Position numbers and translations under genes: made by a program
The notes under the pieces: generated by a model
What the model was told of the DNA's origin: nothing
The model's database searches: none
Seen by the model: the letters and a program-made list of their open reading frames with translations, nothing else
Part shown: positions 18,162 to 28,496 of the stretch, piece after piece
How the letters are laid out: each line of letters begins with the position of its first letter
Numbering within the stretch: position 1 is the first letter of the stretch
DNA from: an uncultured Alphaproteobacteria bacterium
GTDB lineage: Bacteria > Pseudomonadota > Alphaproteobacteria > Rs-D84
Length of the DNA: 64,000 nt
Reading direction: 5' to 3'
Assembly (NCBI GenBank): GCA_905233975.1
Contig: CAJOGD010000006.1
Span: 19,609-83,608, forward strand

Positions 18162-18552
18162 CTGTGTTTTTGATAAAATCGCGTCCATATAATTTGCGCA
18201 GCCCGTATATGGCGGTTTCCACACTGTGCGTTGTCGCGTCGGGAGAATACCCCAGTGCAACCTTTAGATCATTCGCCGACATGCCGCCGCTTTTATAAAG
18301 TAATGTAACAATTTGTGTCTGGGCGGGCGACAGCGAAACCGGTTTGTTGAATACATCAGATATTATTTTTTCACTATCCATTTCCGAAATTATTATGGAC
18401 TTTAATGCGGCCACAGGAATTGACGGTTCAACATGCAAATCATCAAAATTCACGTCACAAAGCAACGAATTTTCGGTCAATGTCGCACCCAGTTCACCCA
18501 ACACGTGACGCCAAACCATATCCGATGTAAAAATCTTTATACCCGATAACAT
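18133..18552 (-). CDS. OmpR-type winged-helix protein with a degenerate receiver domain
   Basis: 'GYSPDATTHSVETAIYGLRK' Trans_reg_C motif. Confidence 0.7.
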   Translation of the reverse strand: MLSGIKIFTSDMVWRHVLGELGATLTENSLLCDVNFDDLHVEPSIPVAALKSIIISEMDSEKIISDVFNKPVSLSPAQTQIVTLLYKSGGMSANDLKVALGYSPDATTHSVETAIYGLRKLYGRDFIKNTDGIFKLGRI

Positions 18553-18653
18553 ATCCCAATGATAATACACAAAAAATCCAGTGTCTATAAAAAATGGACC
18601 GATGGCGCCAAGGCGCGCATCGGTTTTTGCCGTCCTTGGGACCGTATTCGCCA

Positions 18654-18902
18654 TCAACCGGCACGTTCGGGTCCGGGATTATCAATAAACTTGGTAAATT
18701 CCTGGATTGATGCGCCTGTGGACGACAAAATCTTTGAAATGCTGTTGGTAGATGGCCAACGTGGCTGGCCTTCCTTGGTCCAACGCTTGCTTTTATTAAA
18801 CGTGGTGGGGTCCAAACCACTGCACCGGGCAAGGCCCGAACACGACATTCCATGTTCCATTGCGAATCGCTCTATGGCGCGCCAAACATCATCATGTGTC
18901 AT
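18654..18902 (-). CDS. Phage-repressor-like HTH regulator (alphaproteobacterial family), no peptidase domain
   Basis: 'WRAIERFA...SGLARCSGLDPTTFNKSKR...RWPSTNSISKIL'. Confidence 0.8.
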   Translation of the reverse strand: MTHDDVWRAIERFAMEHGMSCSGLARCSGLDPTTFNKSKRWTKEGQPRWPSTNSISKILSSTGASIQEFTKFIDNPGPERAG

Positions 18903-19088
18903 TATTTCTTCCCCTTTTCTATTAATTACATTGCGTATTTTATTACAAGCCTTTGGAACTCTCAACAAGCACGATTTCCTAGGATTTTCGGGGGTTTTAC
19001 GGATTTTTTGGCACGTGCCAAAATTACCCAAAAAAATATTTTGACAAAAACACTTGACAAATGATTTTCATTGTATTATATTTCGATT

Positions 19089-19262
19089 CGTCAGAGAGGC
19101 AACAATCCCTGACCGAGCATGAAAATGTTCGTGGGGCCCAGAGATTCCAGACTCCCTCCTACATTCTCTCTCCTCTGGACTCTGGACCCCAGCAAAGTTT
19201 AGACCTTTCCTTCCTTTCAAAGTCGCTCGAAGAATACCGCCGGCAACGGCGGTGTTTCTTTT
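19089..19262 (+). ncRNA. Candidate small RNA with CU-rich loops
   Basis: TTGACA-17-TATATT promoter (19054-19082), nested stems and terminator ataccgccg/cggcggtgt+T; no credible ORF. Confidence 0.55.
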
Positions 19263-20184
19263 ATTTTTCAAATACGGTGGCGATTTCCCAATGGTCGCTG
19301 CCTACGAATTGGTCAAAGGCGGCTGTGGCGGTGATTTTATATCCGGCGGCGGTTAGTATTTTTGCATCGCGGCGTAATGTTATTGGATTGCAAGAAACAT
19401 AAATTACCCTGTTCACATTTGATTCGGCGATAAGTTTTGTTTGCGTCAATGCACCGGCGCGTGGCGGATCCATGATTACAATATCGTATGTATTTAACAT
19501 TTTCACCGTAAGCGGATTTTTGAACAAATCGCGCTTTATTCCGATGCCGACAATATCAAATCCGTCTGCGTTCGTCACAAATGTAAAATTACCAAGGCCA
19601 CAGAATAAATCCGCCACGCGCGCGTTCGGTTCAATGTGCGACATCACAAATTCGCGCATTGCCCCCTCACTTTGTGCGGTTGGCTGTAAAAATGCGTTCG
19701 GGGGATAATCAACGGTATGCCCCGCAAAACTTATTTTTGGCATGGCGGTTTGCATGACGATATTTCCGTTCCACGTCACGCGGATAAAAGGCAACCCGGC
19801 GACAGATTCTTTGAATTCGCGGGTAAAATATGGCACATCAGAGTTTATCGCCAAATCAATTCCATTATCGCACACCGTCACCAATGCCGAACCGGTTCCC
19901 GCCCATGGCAATTTGCCCAGTTTCGGCAAAACCGCATTTATTTCCGGCAATAAATTCGGGCAATTTTCAACATGGACTATATTTTTTGTTCCGCGTTCGT
20001 AAAAACCAAAATCGCCTCCGGAAAAACAAAAGTCCGCGCGGCGACGCGCACCGGCCGCGGCCCAAAATGGTTCGTCGGATAAATTCCAACCGTCCAACTT
20101 TTTTATTTTTTCCGCACGATAATTCGGCGATGCGAAATCATACTTGCACCCACCACAGATTGAAAATAATGGGCATGTTTTCAT
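19261..20184 (-). CDS. RlmD/TrmA-family RNA (uracil-5)-methyltransferase
   Basis: 'CPLFSICGGC', 'AFLQ', 'DLFCGLGNF', 'DPPRAG', 'YVSCNP', 'DQF'. Confidence 0.88.
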   Translation of the reverse strand: MKTCPLFSICGGCKYDFASPNYRAEKIKKLDGWNLSDEPFWAAAGARRRADFCFSGGDFGFYERGTKNIVHVENCPNLLPEINAVLPKLGKLPWAGTGSALVTVCDNGIDLAINSDVPYFTREFKESVAGLPFIRVTWNGNIVMQTAMPKISFAGHTVDYPPNAFLQPTAQSEGAMREFVMSHIEPNARVADLFCGLGNFTFVTNADGFDIVGIGIKRDLFKNPLTVKMLNTYDIVIMDPPRAGALTQTKLIAESNVNRVIYVSCNPITLRRDAKILTAAGYKITATAAFDQFVGSDHWEIATVFEK

Positions 20185-20196
20185 GCTTTCGCCCCA

Positions 20197-20832
20197 TCAG
20201 AAATTCACGCGCGCACCAATGCGCAACTGATTCGCATTCGGCGCAAGGTCGGCGATGCCTTCGATGCCAGGCTTTAACATATACACATAGCGATAGCCGA
20301 TATCCAGTGTGAACCGTTCGCCCAATTCGACCCCCAATCCCGCCAAAACCGCGAATGATGCAACCGTATCACTTGCAACGTTGATGTTATCGCCACTGAC
20401 CCACGTTGCACCAACACCCGCACCAATATACGGTATTAACTTCTGCGGATAAAACATGCGATACAGGCCATCGATTCTTGCATCAACAATAGCATTTAAA
20501 AACGCAGTATTCGTATTTATCGCAAAATCGTTCCACTTTGCGCGCGCATTGAAATAGTCCGCCTCTATCCGAAAGGTATCAAACAAACGAACACCCAACA
20601 TCACATCAAACCCAGATGTGTTCTGTCCATCGGCGGTCATATCGCCCGCGGTATAATTTTGCCACATTGAAAAGTCATACATTCCGCCGGCATAGAAACG
20701 ATGTTTTGACGCGAACCCATCATGTTTTACGCCGTCTTCATCTGTTGACCACGTTTTTTGCACCCGATATGTGACGGCCGCATTCGCCATCATTGGTACA
20801 AGGCAAAAAAGACAAACAAATAATTTTTTCAT
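20197..20832 (-). CDS. Outer membrane beta-barrel protein (opacity/OmpA-TM-like)
   Basis: Signal peptide, 'PYIGAGVG', 'LDIGYRY', C-terminal Phe. Confidence 0.8.
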   Translation of the reverse strand: MKKLFVCLFCLVPMMANAAVTYRVQKTWSTDEDGVKHDGFASKHRFYAGGMYDFSMWQNYTAGDMTADGQNTSGFDVMLGVRLFDTFRIEADYFNARAKWNDFAINTNTAFLNAIVDARIDGLYRMFYPQKLIPYIGAGVGATWVSGDNINVASDTVASFAVLAGLGVELGERFTLDIGYRYVYMLKPGIEGIADLAPNANQLRIGARVNF

Positions 20833-20845
20833 AAATCCACCCCCA

Positions 20846-21670
20846 TCAGAAATTCACACGAAACGTCGCCATTATATTACTAATGCTATCGACCCCGATA
20901 CGCGTGGTATTCCACCCGAAACCATGTTCGAAAAGCATTTGATATTGATAGTAAATATCAAGTCCCAACATATCGGTAAGCATAAAATTCACACCCAATT
21001 CCGCACGCGGTATCGCAACACTTAGGCCACTTGCGCCGGCATCACCCGCGAAATCATACATACCAATTCCCATACCAAACCCCATAAAGGGAACTATCGT
21101 CCGACGATACGTAATATCACCACTTTGCACATAGCGACGCGCCAGGTCAAAATACAACATGCCGTTAATCATATTGTAATACGCGTTTTCACCGGGCAGA
21201 CCGGAAAACCTGAAACTGGAACGCTGGAACTCTATTTCGGTGCGAACATACGAAGACATATTCCACCCAAGCCCAACCAACAGATTCCACGAATCTTTGG
21301 ACGAATATTTTTCATCACCCACGTGCGCCTTGGTCGTGGCAAACCCAAGGTTCATACCGCCCCCCATACGGATATACATCGACGTCGGTATAAACAGACG
21401 ATAGCCTTCGTCATCATCATACGCCACCGGTTGTTCGTCATAGAAGACTTCGTGTCCCAATTCGCCGGCGCCAACATTTTCCGCGGTCAGCGGTTGATAG
21501 ATCAACGCCCCCGTCCTTTGCGCACCCACATGATTGCGCGACCGCGCAGAACTGTGTCCACTATAGTTCTTTAGCCCGCTGCGAATTTCATCGGTTAAAC
21601 TTTTGGCCCCCGCGTCCGCACACAGCGCACACACCGCCCCGGCCAACAAAAAACAAGATATCTTTTTCAT
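20846..21670 (-). CDS. Outer membrane beta-barrel protein
   Basis: Signal peptide, 'PFMGFGMG', C-terminal 'FRVNF'. Confidence 0.75.
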   Translation of the reverse strand: MKKISCFLLAGAVCALCADAGAKSLTDEIRSGLKNYSGHSSARSRNHVGAQRTGALIYQPLTAENVGAGELGHEVFYDEQPVAYDDDEGYRLFIPTSMYIRMGGGMNLGFATTKAHVGDEKYSSKDSWNLLVGLGWNMSSYVRTEIEFQRSSFRFSGLPGENAYYNMINGMLYFDLARRYVQSGDITYRRTIVPFMGFGMGIGMYDFAGDAGASGLSVAIPRAELGVNFMLTDMLGLDIYYQYQMLFEHGFGWNTTRIGVDSISNIMATFRVNF

Positions 21671-21759
21671 TTGGTAAATCCACCTGATTAATAATCTGTT
21701 ATTATTGTATCATAAAATCCGACTTGATTCCAGTTCGATTTGCGACTAACATTAGGCAC

Positions 21760-22572
21760 ATGAAGAAAAAGATTGCGATAGTTGCCGGCGCACTAGATTT
21801 GCCGATTTTGACACGCGACGCGTTGCGACGTCATGGGTTTGATGTTTTTGTAATCGGACTTAAAAACTTTTATGACCCGCGATTAAATCCGGACCTTGTT
21901 ATTCGGATTGGTGGCGCGGGGCGTGCAATATACGCGGCGCGCAGAATGGGCATAAAACTGGTGACGTTTGTCGGTGCAATTGGGCACCCTAACCTTTCGG
22001 ACCTGCGGCCGGATTTGTGGACATTTTTCGCACTTTTAAAAATGCTTAAACATCAACGGGGGTATGATTCTATGGCGGTTGCATTGAATAAAATTATGAC
22101 AGATGCCGGGTTTAAAGTGGTCGCGGCCCAAGATTTGGCACCGGAATTAACTTTTGAAACCGCGGGCGTGCTTACAAAAAAGAAGCCTGCGCGTGGCGAC
22201 ATGGCGAACATTGAACGCGCGATAGAGGTTTCGCACACCATTGGTGCCGCGGACATCGGCGCTTCGGTCGTTGTGGATAAACAGGTTATCGCGGTAGAGG
22301 CCGCCGAAGGAACGGCAAAAATGCTTGACCGCGTGGTCGAAATGCGCAAAAACCGCAAGAAATCCGGCGGCGTTTTTGCCAAGATGACCAAACCGGGCCA
22401 AGATCTGTGTATTGATATTCCGGCAATCGGGGTGGACACTGTGAATGCGGTCGCGGACGCGAAACTGCATGGAATTATTGTAAATACCAAAACATGCTTT
22501 GTTGTTCACCGCGACGATGTGATAAAGCGTGCAAACGAACGCGGGATTTTCATTATGGCTATCGACCAATAA
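21760..22572 (+). CDS. lpxI: UDP-2,3-diacylglucosamine diphosphatase LpxI
   Basis: 'IAIVAG..DLP', 'DIGASVVV', 'AVEAAEGT', 'KPGQD..IDIPAIG'. Confidence 0.85.
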   Translation: MKKKIAIVAGALDLPILTRDALRRHGFDVFVIGLKNFYDPRLNPDLVIRIGGAGRAIYAARRMGIKLVTFVGAIGHPNLSDLRPDLWTFFALLKMLKHQRGYDSMAVALNKIMTDAGFKVVAAQDLAPELTFETAGVLTKKKPARGDMANIERAIEVSHTIGAADIGASVVVDKQVIAVEAAEGTAKMLDRVVEMRKNRKKSGGVFAKMTKPGQDLCIDIPAIGVDTVNAVADAKLHGIIVNTKTCFVVHRDDVIKRANERGIFIMAIDQ

Positions 22573-22671
22573 TTTGTTGACAATAATTTTATTTGTTATA
22601 TTATACTGTCCAGTATTACAGAAAGCAAACCGGGGTTAACCACAGGGCGAAAAAAAATAACGGCATAATCG

Positions 22672-24210
22672 ATGAGACGCAGAAAGATTGAAAAATTATT
22701 ACGCGATATTATATTTCAGCCCAATTTTCGGGATGAAGCGTCTAACGTAAAAATTGATAACATCATTCCATTATCGCGCCATGTCAAAAATATTATTAAA
22801 TGCGAAATTCAAAAACGGTTTGATTTTGAGTTAAAGTGCGATGTATCCGATTTAACCCTGGACGAACTTTGCGACCAGGTTTATGATTTTGTAAAAAATT
22901 CCCATGGAACATTTATCCCAAAAATCATGGCATTTTTTCGCGAACGGTTCGGCAAAAACACCCTTTTGCCGACCGGGTCCGAAGTGCCCGCCCCCGTTTC
23001 CCCAACCAATGGCAGTAATGCCCAAAAGGAAGAGTTACCAAAAGACGATCATCTGCTGAACAGTCATGAGGTATTCGCCCGCGTTTTATCCGTCCTTAGG
23101 CAAATGGTTGGCCGGTACGTTTCTCCAAACGAGGGCATTAATGAGTTACGGGAAGAGTTCGCCAAGAAAAACAAAACAGATTTTGATGAAACGTTAATAC
23201 AACTGCTATCAAAAGAATTTGACACAGAATTAGACATAGCAACAAAAATACCGACTATGGCAAAACCGGCCGTATATAGTATCGCAAACCAAGTTGTTGC
23301 CGCACTGGTCACACATGGCAAAGCCATCGACCCAAAGGTAGAATGTGCCGGCATGGACAAAAACTGGGTTCCACTTCGAACGGCGATGACATTTAAAACG
23401 GCTGCAAACAAATTAAACGAAAAATACGGTATTAAAACATCACAAAGAACCATTTCGGGGCTTAAATCGTATCGTGCATATGAAGAATACGTTATTAAAA
23501 AGGTGATAAGTGCCAAAATTGAAACAATTCTTGGCGGAGATACACTTCACGTCAAAGAAAATATCCAAAACGTTTTTGGTGTGACGGTTGATTATAACAT
23601 TTCCGGGGCCAACGTAAAAACACTTTCTGGCATTGTTTATGACCGGGTAATTGTTTCCCAAGGTTTAAAAGACAAATTACTGGGCGCGCCCGTTCAAAAA
23701 CCCCGGGCAGAAAAAACAGCCGACATAGAAAAAACGAACTTTAAATCACGCACAGAAGTTTTTGGGGATATTATAACGACAATCAATTGCGCAGTTTCCC
23801 TTGATACAAGTGTTCAAAAATACACTTTGATTTCAGAATTGTTTACCAAGGTGCGTGGCGACAGCACCAAAACGAAACGACTTGAACGAGCGCTGGCCGA
23901 TTTTAAAAACAAATACGGTATAAAAATAGATTATAAAACCAATCCGGATTTAAACATTCATTATATTTGTAATGAGGTTCATAGGGTTATGTGCGAACGC
24001 GGCAAATCCGAATCAATAAAGGTATCACTTGAAGAAATGGATCCATTGTGGGCGATACTTAATCCGGCAATCAGTTTTGAGTATCTGCACAGTGTTTTAC
24101 AAAATGATTATAATACCTATGCGACCGTATATGAATTATCAAATTGTCGAACATATGATGATTATGTAAAATTAATTAACGCAAAAAAGGCACGAAACTA
24201 TGGTAGATAA
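22672..24210 (+). CDS. Hypothetical protein with repeated degenerate ACP-like units
   Basis: Recurrent (E/K)(F/Y)(G/D)x(K/E/T)x motifs; TTGACA promoter upstream. Confidence 0.65.
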   Translation: MRRRKIEKLLRDIIFQPNFRDEASNVKIDNIIPLSRHVKNIIKCEIQKRFDFELKCDVSDLTLDELCDQVYDFVKNSHGTFIPKIMAFFRERFGKNTLLPTGSEVPAPVSPTNGSNAQKEELPKDDHLLNSHEVFARVLSVLRQMVGRYVSPNEGINELREEFAKKNKTDFDETLIQLLSKEFDTELDIATKIPTMAKPAVYSIANQVVAALVTHGKAIDPKVECAGMDKNWVPLRTAMTFKTAANKLNEKYGIKTSQRTISGLKSYRAYEEYVIKKVISAKIETILGGDTLHVKENIQNVFGVTVDYNISGANVKTLSGIVYDRVIVSQGLKDKLLGAPVQKPRAEKTADIEKTNFKSRTEVFGDIITTINCAVSLDTSVQKYTLISELFTKVRGDSTKTKRLERALADFKNKYGIKIDYKTNPDLNIHYICNEVHRVMCERGKSESIKVSLEEMDPLWAILNPAISFEYLHSVLQNDYNTYATVYELSNCRTYDDYVKLINAKKARNYGR

Positions 24211-24754
24211 AACAACCTATACATCAAAACAAATATTTTATTCGATACGTCCCATGATGGCCGGCCAGCTTGGGATGAATGAATACGATATAAAGTTCAA
24301 CTCAAATTTGCAGTATGACCTGATCGCCGATTCTTTGGATGTATCGCAAATACTAAACGACAGTGCAGATAAGTTTGAAGTAGTTATTCCCAACGATATA
24401 GATCACCATACGGTTAAAACCGTCTTGGACCTGATCATAACAATAAAAACGGCACTGGGGACGACCCGATGGAAAGAGTCCAAGCGGCACAAGTTGATTG
24501 TTAACACATTCACAAAACAGCCGAATTTGTTACCAAAAATCATGGGAATGTTTCCCGATAACATCGACGGATTACATGCAACAATCCGCGAAACGTATGA
24601 TACATCTGTTGATAAAGACACATTACGCGCAATTATGTCGGGAACCGACGATTCAATCAAAACAAAACGCTTACAAGAATTAATACAAAATACATATGAA
24701 TTGCAACCAAGATACAAGAAGAACGTTTTGCCGCAAAAACATAAAAACCGATAA
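24200..24754 (+). CDS. Acyl carrier protein domain protein with C-terminal extension
   Basis: 'DLIADSLDV...KFEVVIP...VKTVLDLI' phosphopantetheine-site motif. Confidence 0.7.
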   Translation: MVDKTTYTSKQIFYSIRPMMAGQLGMNEYDIKFNSNLQYDLIADSLDVSQILNDSADKFEVVIPNDIDHHTVKTVLDLIITIKTALGTTRWKESKRHKLIVNTFTKQPNLLPKIMGMFPDNIDGLHATIRETYDTSVDKDTLRAIMSGTDDSIKTKRLQELIQNTYELQPRYKKNVLPQKHKNR

Positions 24755-24814
24755 AAATATACTTAACAAAAACGCCGGAGAAATTCCGGCGTTTTCTTAC
24801 ATATTCGTAAAACT

Positions 24815-25153
24815 TTATTTCTTTTGAATATCGACAACCTTGACCTTGAACACAACGTCTTTACCGGCAAGGTTCGGAACATATGCTTTCGGGAAAGTGA
24901 TATTCAAATCACGTTCTTCACCCTTTTTCGCACCAATCAATTGTTCTTCGAAACCGGGGACAAATTGGCCGCTGCCCAAAACCAATGGATACGAAGACGC
25001 GGTCCCACCTTCAAACGCAACGCCGTCCAAATAACCCGCAAAGTCAATTATAACGGTATCACCATTTTGCGCCGTCACATCACCGGCACCCGCATCACAA
25101 CCCGCGCACACCAATGCACCGCACAAGCCAAATACACCAAGCATTTTTTTCAT
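24815..25153 (-). CDS. FKBP-type peptidyl-prolyl isomerase lipoprotein (trigger-factor-like domain)
   Basis: Lipobox CAGC; 'GDTVIIDFAG...FEGG...LGSGQFVPGFEEQL'. Confidence 0.85.
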   Translation of the reverse strand: MKKMLGVFGLCGALVCAGCDAGAGDVTAQNGDTVIIDFAGYLDGVAFEGGTASSYPLVLGSGQFVPGFEEQLIGAKKGEERDLNITFPKAYVPNLAGKDVVFKVKVVDIQKK

Positions 25154-25191
25154 TTTTCTTCCTTTTTGTTTTTATGTTTGTTTATTTTTGT

Positions 25192-25740
25192 TTAGTTGTT
25201 GTAAACGCATCTGAAACCATATTCGCGCATGGTTGCGCCTTCGGCCTCTACCCTATAGTCAAAGAACGGGGTCGGACGCATCGCATCAAACGACGGTTTA
25301 TCGTAAACCAGGACAATGCTATCGGCGTTACGGCCACAAACACGCTTCATCTCATAATCCGCGACGCGGGACAGCACGTGACGAATATCGCCATCAATAT
25401 CCATGCCATCGGCACTCTGAACCAGGCGCAGACGCATTTCGCGCATATCGGTATTCCCAAGCAAGATTTGAACGCGAACCATTGCGCCCTTGTATTCTTG
25501 CCACCGCGTTTCCATGCGTGAAGTATTCCAACGCTCTTGCATTTCATTCAATTCTTGTTCCGTTTTCGGACGGTAAGAATCGATTCCGGCGTATTCATTG
25601 TCCGCCTGCATAAACGTACTTGTCCGTTCATTGTAAAGCGGTGCGTCTTCGCCACCATTCGCAAAATCGCGACGGTTATATTCCGAACACCCCGTCAATC
25701 CAAGGCCCAACGCCAAAATAGTAATAAAAAATTTATTCAT
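25192..25740 (-). CDS. Hypothetical lipoprotein
   Basis: Lipobox LTGC. Confidence 0.7.
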   Translation of the reverse strand: MNKFFITILALGLGLTGCSEYNRRDFANGGEDAPLYNERTSTFMQADNEYAGIDSYRPKTEQELNEMQERWNTSRMETRWQEYKGAMVRVQILLGNTDMREMRLRLVQSADGMDIDGDIRHVLSRVADYEMKRVCGRNADSIVLVYDKPSFDAMRPTPFFDYRVEAEGATMREYGFRCVYNN

Positions 25741-25808
25741 TTTCTTTCTCTCTTTTTTGTGATTCTAACAAATAAACTTTTTTGATTCAAGTGGCGATTT
25801 ATGATAAA

Positions 25809-26777
25809 ATGAATTTGATGACGAATGTTGTATTAGAATCTTTGTTAAAGCCCATATCGGAATTTTATCGACCGTCTTTTGTCGAAGAAATTGCGATAAA
25901 CCACGCCGGCGAAGTGTGGATGCGGCTGCATGGTGCGCGCGTGCCATGGGTTGCGTATGATGCCCCGGTGCTTAGCAAGCAATACCTTATCGACCTGATA
26001 CACACAATCGCAAATATTTATGAACGGCCGTTTGATCCGATTCATGGCGTTCCCGTTGTTTACGCGACACTGCCGGGCAATCATCGATTCAGTGCGATTG
26101 CGGGCCCAAATGTGCAATATGACGAACGCGACATAACCGGCGGTGTGGCATTAAATATCCGCGGTGGCGGCGTGGCGGAGACTTCGTTTGAAAACTATCA
26201 TTTAAAGCATGGCGAAAAATTGATGAAGGTTAAACCGCGTGAAACGAATCGCCCCGACGACCCGTACGACCGTTTGATGTCCGCAATAAATGACGGCAGC
26301 CCGATTCTGATAAGTGGTGCGACCGCAACCGGAAAGACGACTTTCCTTAATCACATGCTGACGTTGATTGACCAAAACAGTCGCGTGATTACCGTCGAAG
26401 ATGCGCGCGAAGTGCGCGTTCCGCAAAAAAATCGCGTTCACTTTGTCCTTTCGCGAACCGAACAGACAAACGATTTTAATTATGCGCGATTGCTGGATTT
26501 GGTTGTGCGTATGACACCGGACGTTATTATTGGTGGTGAAATATCAACGGATAATGCATCGGTGCTGTGGGAAATGTTGGGCACCGGGCACGAACATTTT
26601 TATACAACGATTCACGCCGAAAGTGCCGAAGCCGCCTATGCCGCGTTCGCCGACCGTATTTTGCACACGCAACCCGCGTACAACAGAACCGATTTAATTG
26701 CGGAAATGAAACAGAAAATCCGCGTCGTGCAACTGTCACGCGATGGTTCGCTGCGCGCGGTGACCGAAGTGGTGTAA
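25809..26777 (+). CDS. virB11: VirB11/CpaF-family secretion ATPase
   Basis: 'VEEIAIN', Walker A GATATGKTT, 'TVEDARE', 'RMTPDVIIGGE', 'TTIHAES'. Confidence 0.8.
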   Translation: MNLMTNVVLESLLKPISEFYRPSFVEEIAINHAGEVWMRLHGARVPWVAYDAPVLSKQYLIDLIHTIANIYERPFDPIHGVPVVYATLPGNHRFSAIAGPNVQYDERDITGGVALNIRGGGVAETSFENYHLKHGEKLMKVKPRETNRPDDPYDRLMSAINDGSPILISGATATGKTTFLNHMLTLIDQNSRVITVEDAREVRVPQKNRVHFVLSRTEQTNDFNYARLLDLVVRMTPDVIIGGEISTDNASVLWEMLGTGHEHFYTTIHAESAEAAYAAFADRILHTQPAYNRTDLIAEMKQKIRVVQLSRDGSLRAVTEVV

Positions 26778-26800
26778 CAAAAAATACCTTGTGTTAAATT

Positions 26801-28429
26801 TTATGCCTGTCGCGTTTGTTTTTCTTTATCCATGTATCTTTTCACTATTTTTTCGTCAAAGAATTGCAAACGGCCACTTGGCAACATCAGCATCCTTTCA
26901 ACGCCAAGGTGTTTCAAGAAATCTAAATCATGGCTGACTATCAATAAAGTTCCGCCATAATCACGCAAACTTTCTGCCATTGTTTTTTTGGTGGCGATAT
27001 CCAAATGATTTGTGGGTTCGTCCAGCAATAAAGTGTTAGCTCCGCTTAAACATAATTTACAAAGTTCAAGACGGCTGCGTTCGCCCGGGGATAATGTTTG
27101 CACCTTTTGTTTTAATTTATCACCGATAAAGTTAAAATGACTTAGCACCGAACGCAATTTCGCAGTTGGCAAATTCGAAGTATTTGATACGTTATCAAAG
27201 ACACTAATATCAAAATCTAATGTTTCGTGTTCTTGGGCGTAATAACCCAAATCTGTTTTTTTACCGATATAAATTTTTCCAGAATCCGGTTTCAAAATAC
27301 CATTTATCAATTTCAGCAGTGTTGATTTGCCGGCGCCGTTTTCACCAACAACAATAAATTTTTCGCCACGATTTAACGAAAAAGACAATCTTTTAATGAC
27401 GGGCTTTTTAATATCATAAGCAAAGTTCAGATTTTCAACACCGATTGGTATAATATCTTCCTGTCTGTTTGGTTTTAAATCTAAATCGATTGTTTTCTTC
27501 TCTTGCAAAACAATGACCAAATTTTGTTTCTTTTTTTCCAGTAATTTTTCACGACTTTGTGCCTGACGTTTAATTTTGCCAGATTTTCCACGTTGAGCAT
27601 CGATAAATTTTTGTATTCTGTTTATTTCTTCCATTTGTTTTTGAAATTGACGTTCTAAACTTGCATTTGTTTCCGCCAAGGTTTTTATAAATTTACTATA
27701 CCCAAAATTATACAGTGTTCCGGTGTGTGACATTGTATCCAAATACAAAACTTTATCTGCAACTTTGGTTAAAAATTCTTCGTCATGCGAAATAAATACC
27801 ACTGTGGATTGGGTCTTGATTAAATAATTCATCATCCATTCACGACTGGCCGCATCTAAATGATTCGTTGGTTCGTCCAAGAATAAGACATCTGGACGTG
27901 AATACAGAGTTCTAACAAAAGATATTTTTGATTTCTGACCGCCAGATAATTCGCCCAATTTTTTATTCAAATTTTCCGGTGGAACCCCCATTTGGACAAT
28001 CATATTTTCCAATTCTGATTCAGCCGAATAACCGTCCCAACTATCAAATTCATTTTGATATTGTCCCAACAGATTCAAAGTTTCCGTAGAAGTATCACCG
28101 TTTGCTATTTTTTGATATATTTCTGCAATTTTACTTTCTATCTTGGGCAATGGTCGCCCAGAGCGCAAAAAGTCGTAAACATTCATGTCATTCGGCAAAT
28201 TCAGTTCATCCACAGTTTGCGGCATCCAACCAATTCGCGGACTTTTTCCCATAAAGAATTCACCAGAATCATAAGATATTTGGTCAAGCAATATTCTGAA
28301 TAATGTTGATTTACCCGCACCGTTTAAACCAACAACCGCCACCTTGTCCCCATCTGCAACAGAAAAACTCAGATTTTTGATAATCTGATTTCCATCAAAC
28401 GATTTTTCAAGATTTTTTACAATCAACAT
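26801..28429 (-). CDS. ABC-F family ATPase
   Basis: Two ABC cassettes (GLNGAGKST, LSGGQ, LDEPTNHLD) and no TM domain. Confidence 0.9.
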   Translation of the reverse strand: MLIVKNLEKSFDGNQIIKNLSFSVADGDKVAVVGLNGAGKSTLFRILLDQISYDSGEFFMGKSPRIGWMPQTVDELNLPNDMNVYDFLRSGRPLPKIESKIAEIYQKIANGDTSTETLNLLGQYQNEFDSWDGYSAESELENMIVQMGVPPENLNKKLGELSGGQKSKISFVRTLYSRPDVLFLDEPTNHLDAASREWMMNYLIKTQSTVVFISHDEEFLTKVADKVLYLDTMSHTGTLYNFGYSKFIKTLAETNASLERQFQKQMEEINRIQKFIDAQRGKSGKIKRQAQSREKLLEKKKQNLVIVLQEKKTIDLDLKPNRQEDIIPIGVENLNFAYDIKKPVIKRLSFSLNRGEKFIVVGENGAGKSTLLKLINGILKPDSGKIYIGKKTDLGYYAQEHETLDFDISVFDNVSNTSNLPTAKLRSVLSHFNFIGDKLKQKVQTLSPGERSRLELCKLCLSGANTLLLDEPTNHLDIATKKTMAESLRDYGGTLLIVSHDLDFLKHLGVERMLMLPSGRLQFFDEKIVKRYMDKEKQTRQA

Positions 28430-28496
28430 AGCACTAACGATATTATCAAAGGGGAATATGTATGTCAAATAGCGGCATACAAAAGCCCATTAAAGT

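Noticed and set aside
22621-22665. gcaaacc...gggcgaaaa resembling a c-di-GMP-I riboswitch P1
   Set aside because: Second hairpin and tetraloop receptor are absent and the pairing is poor
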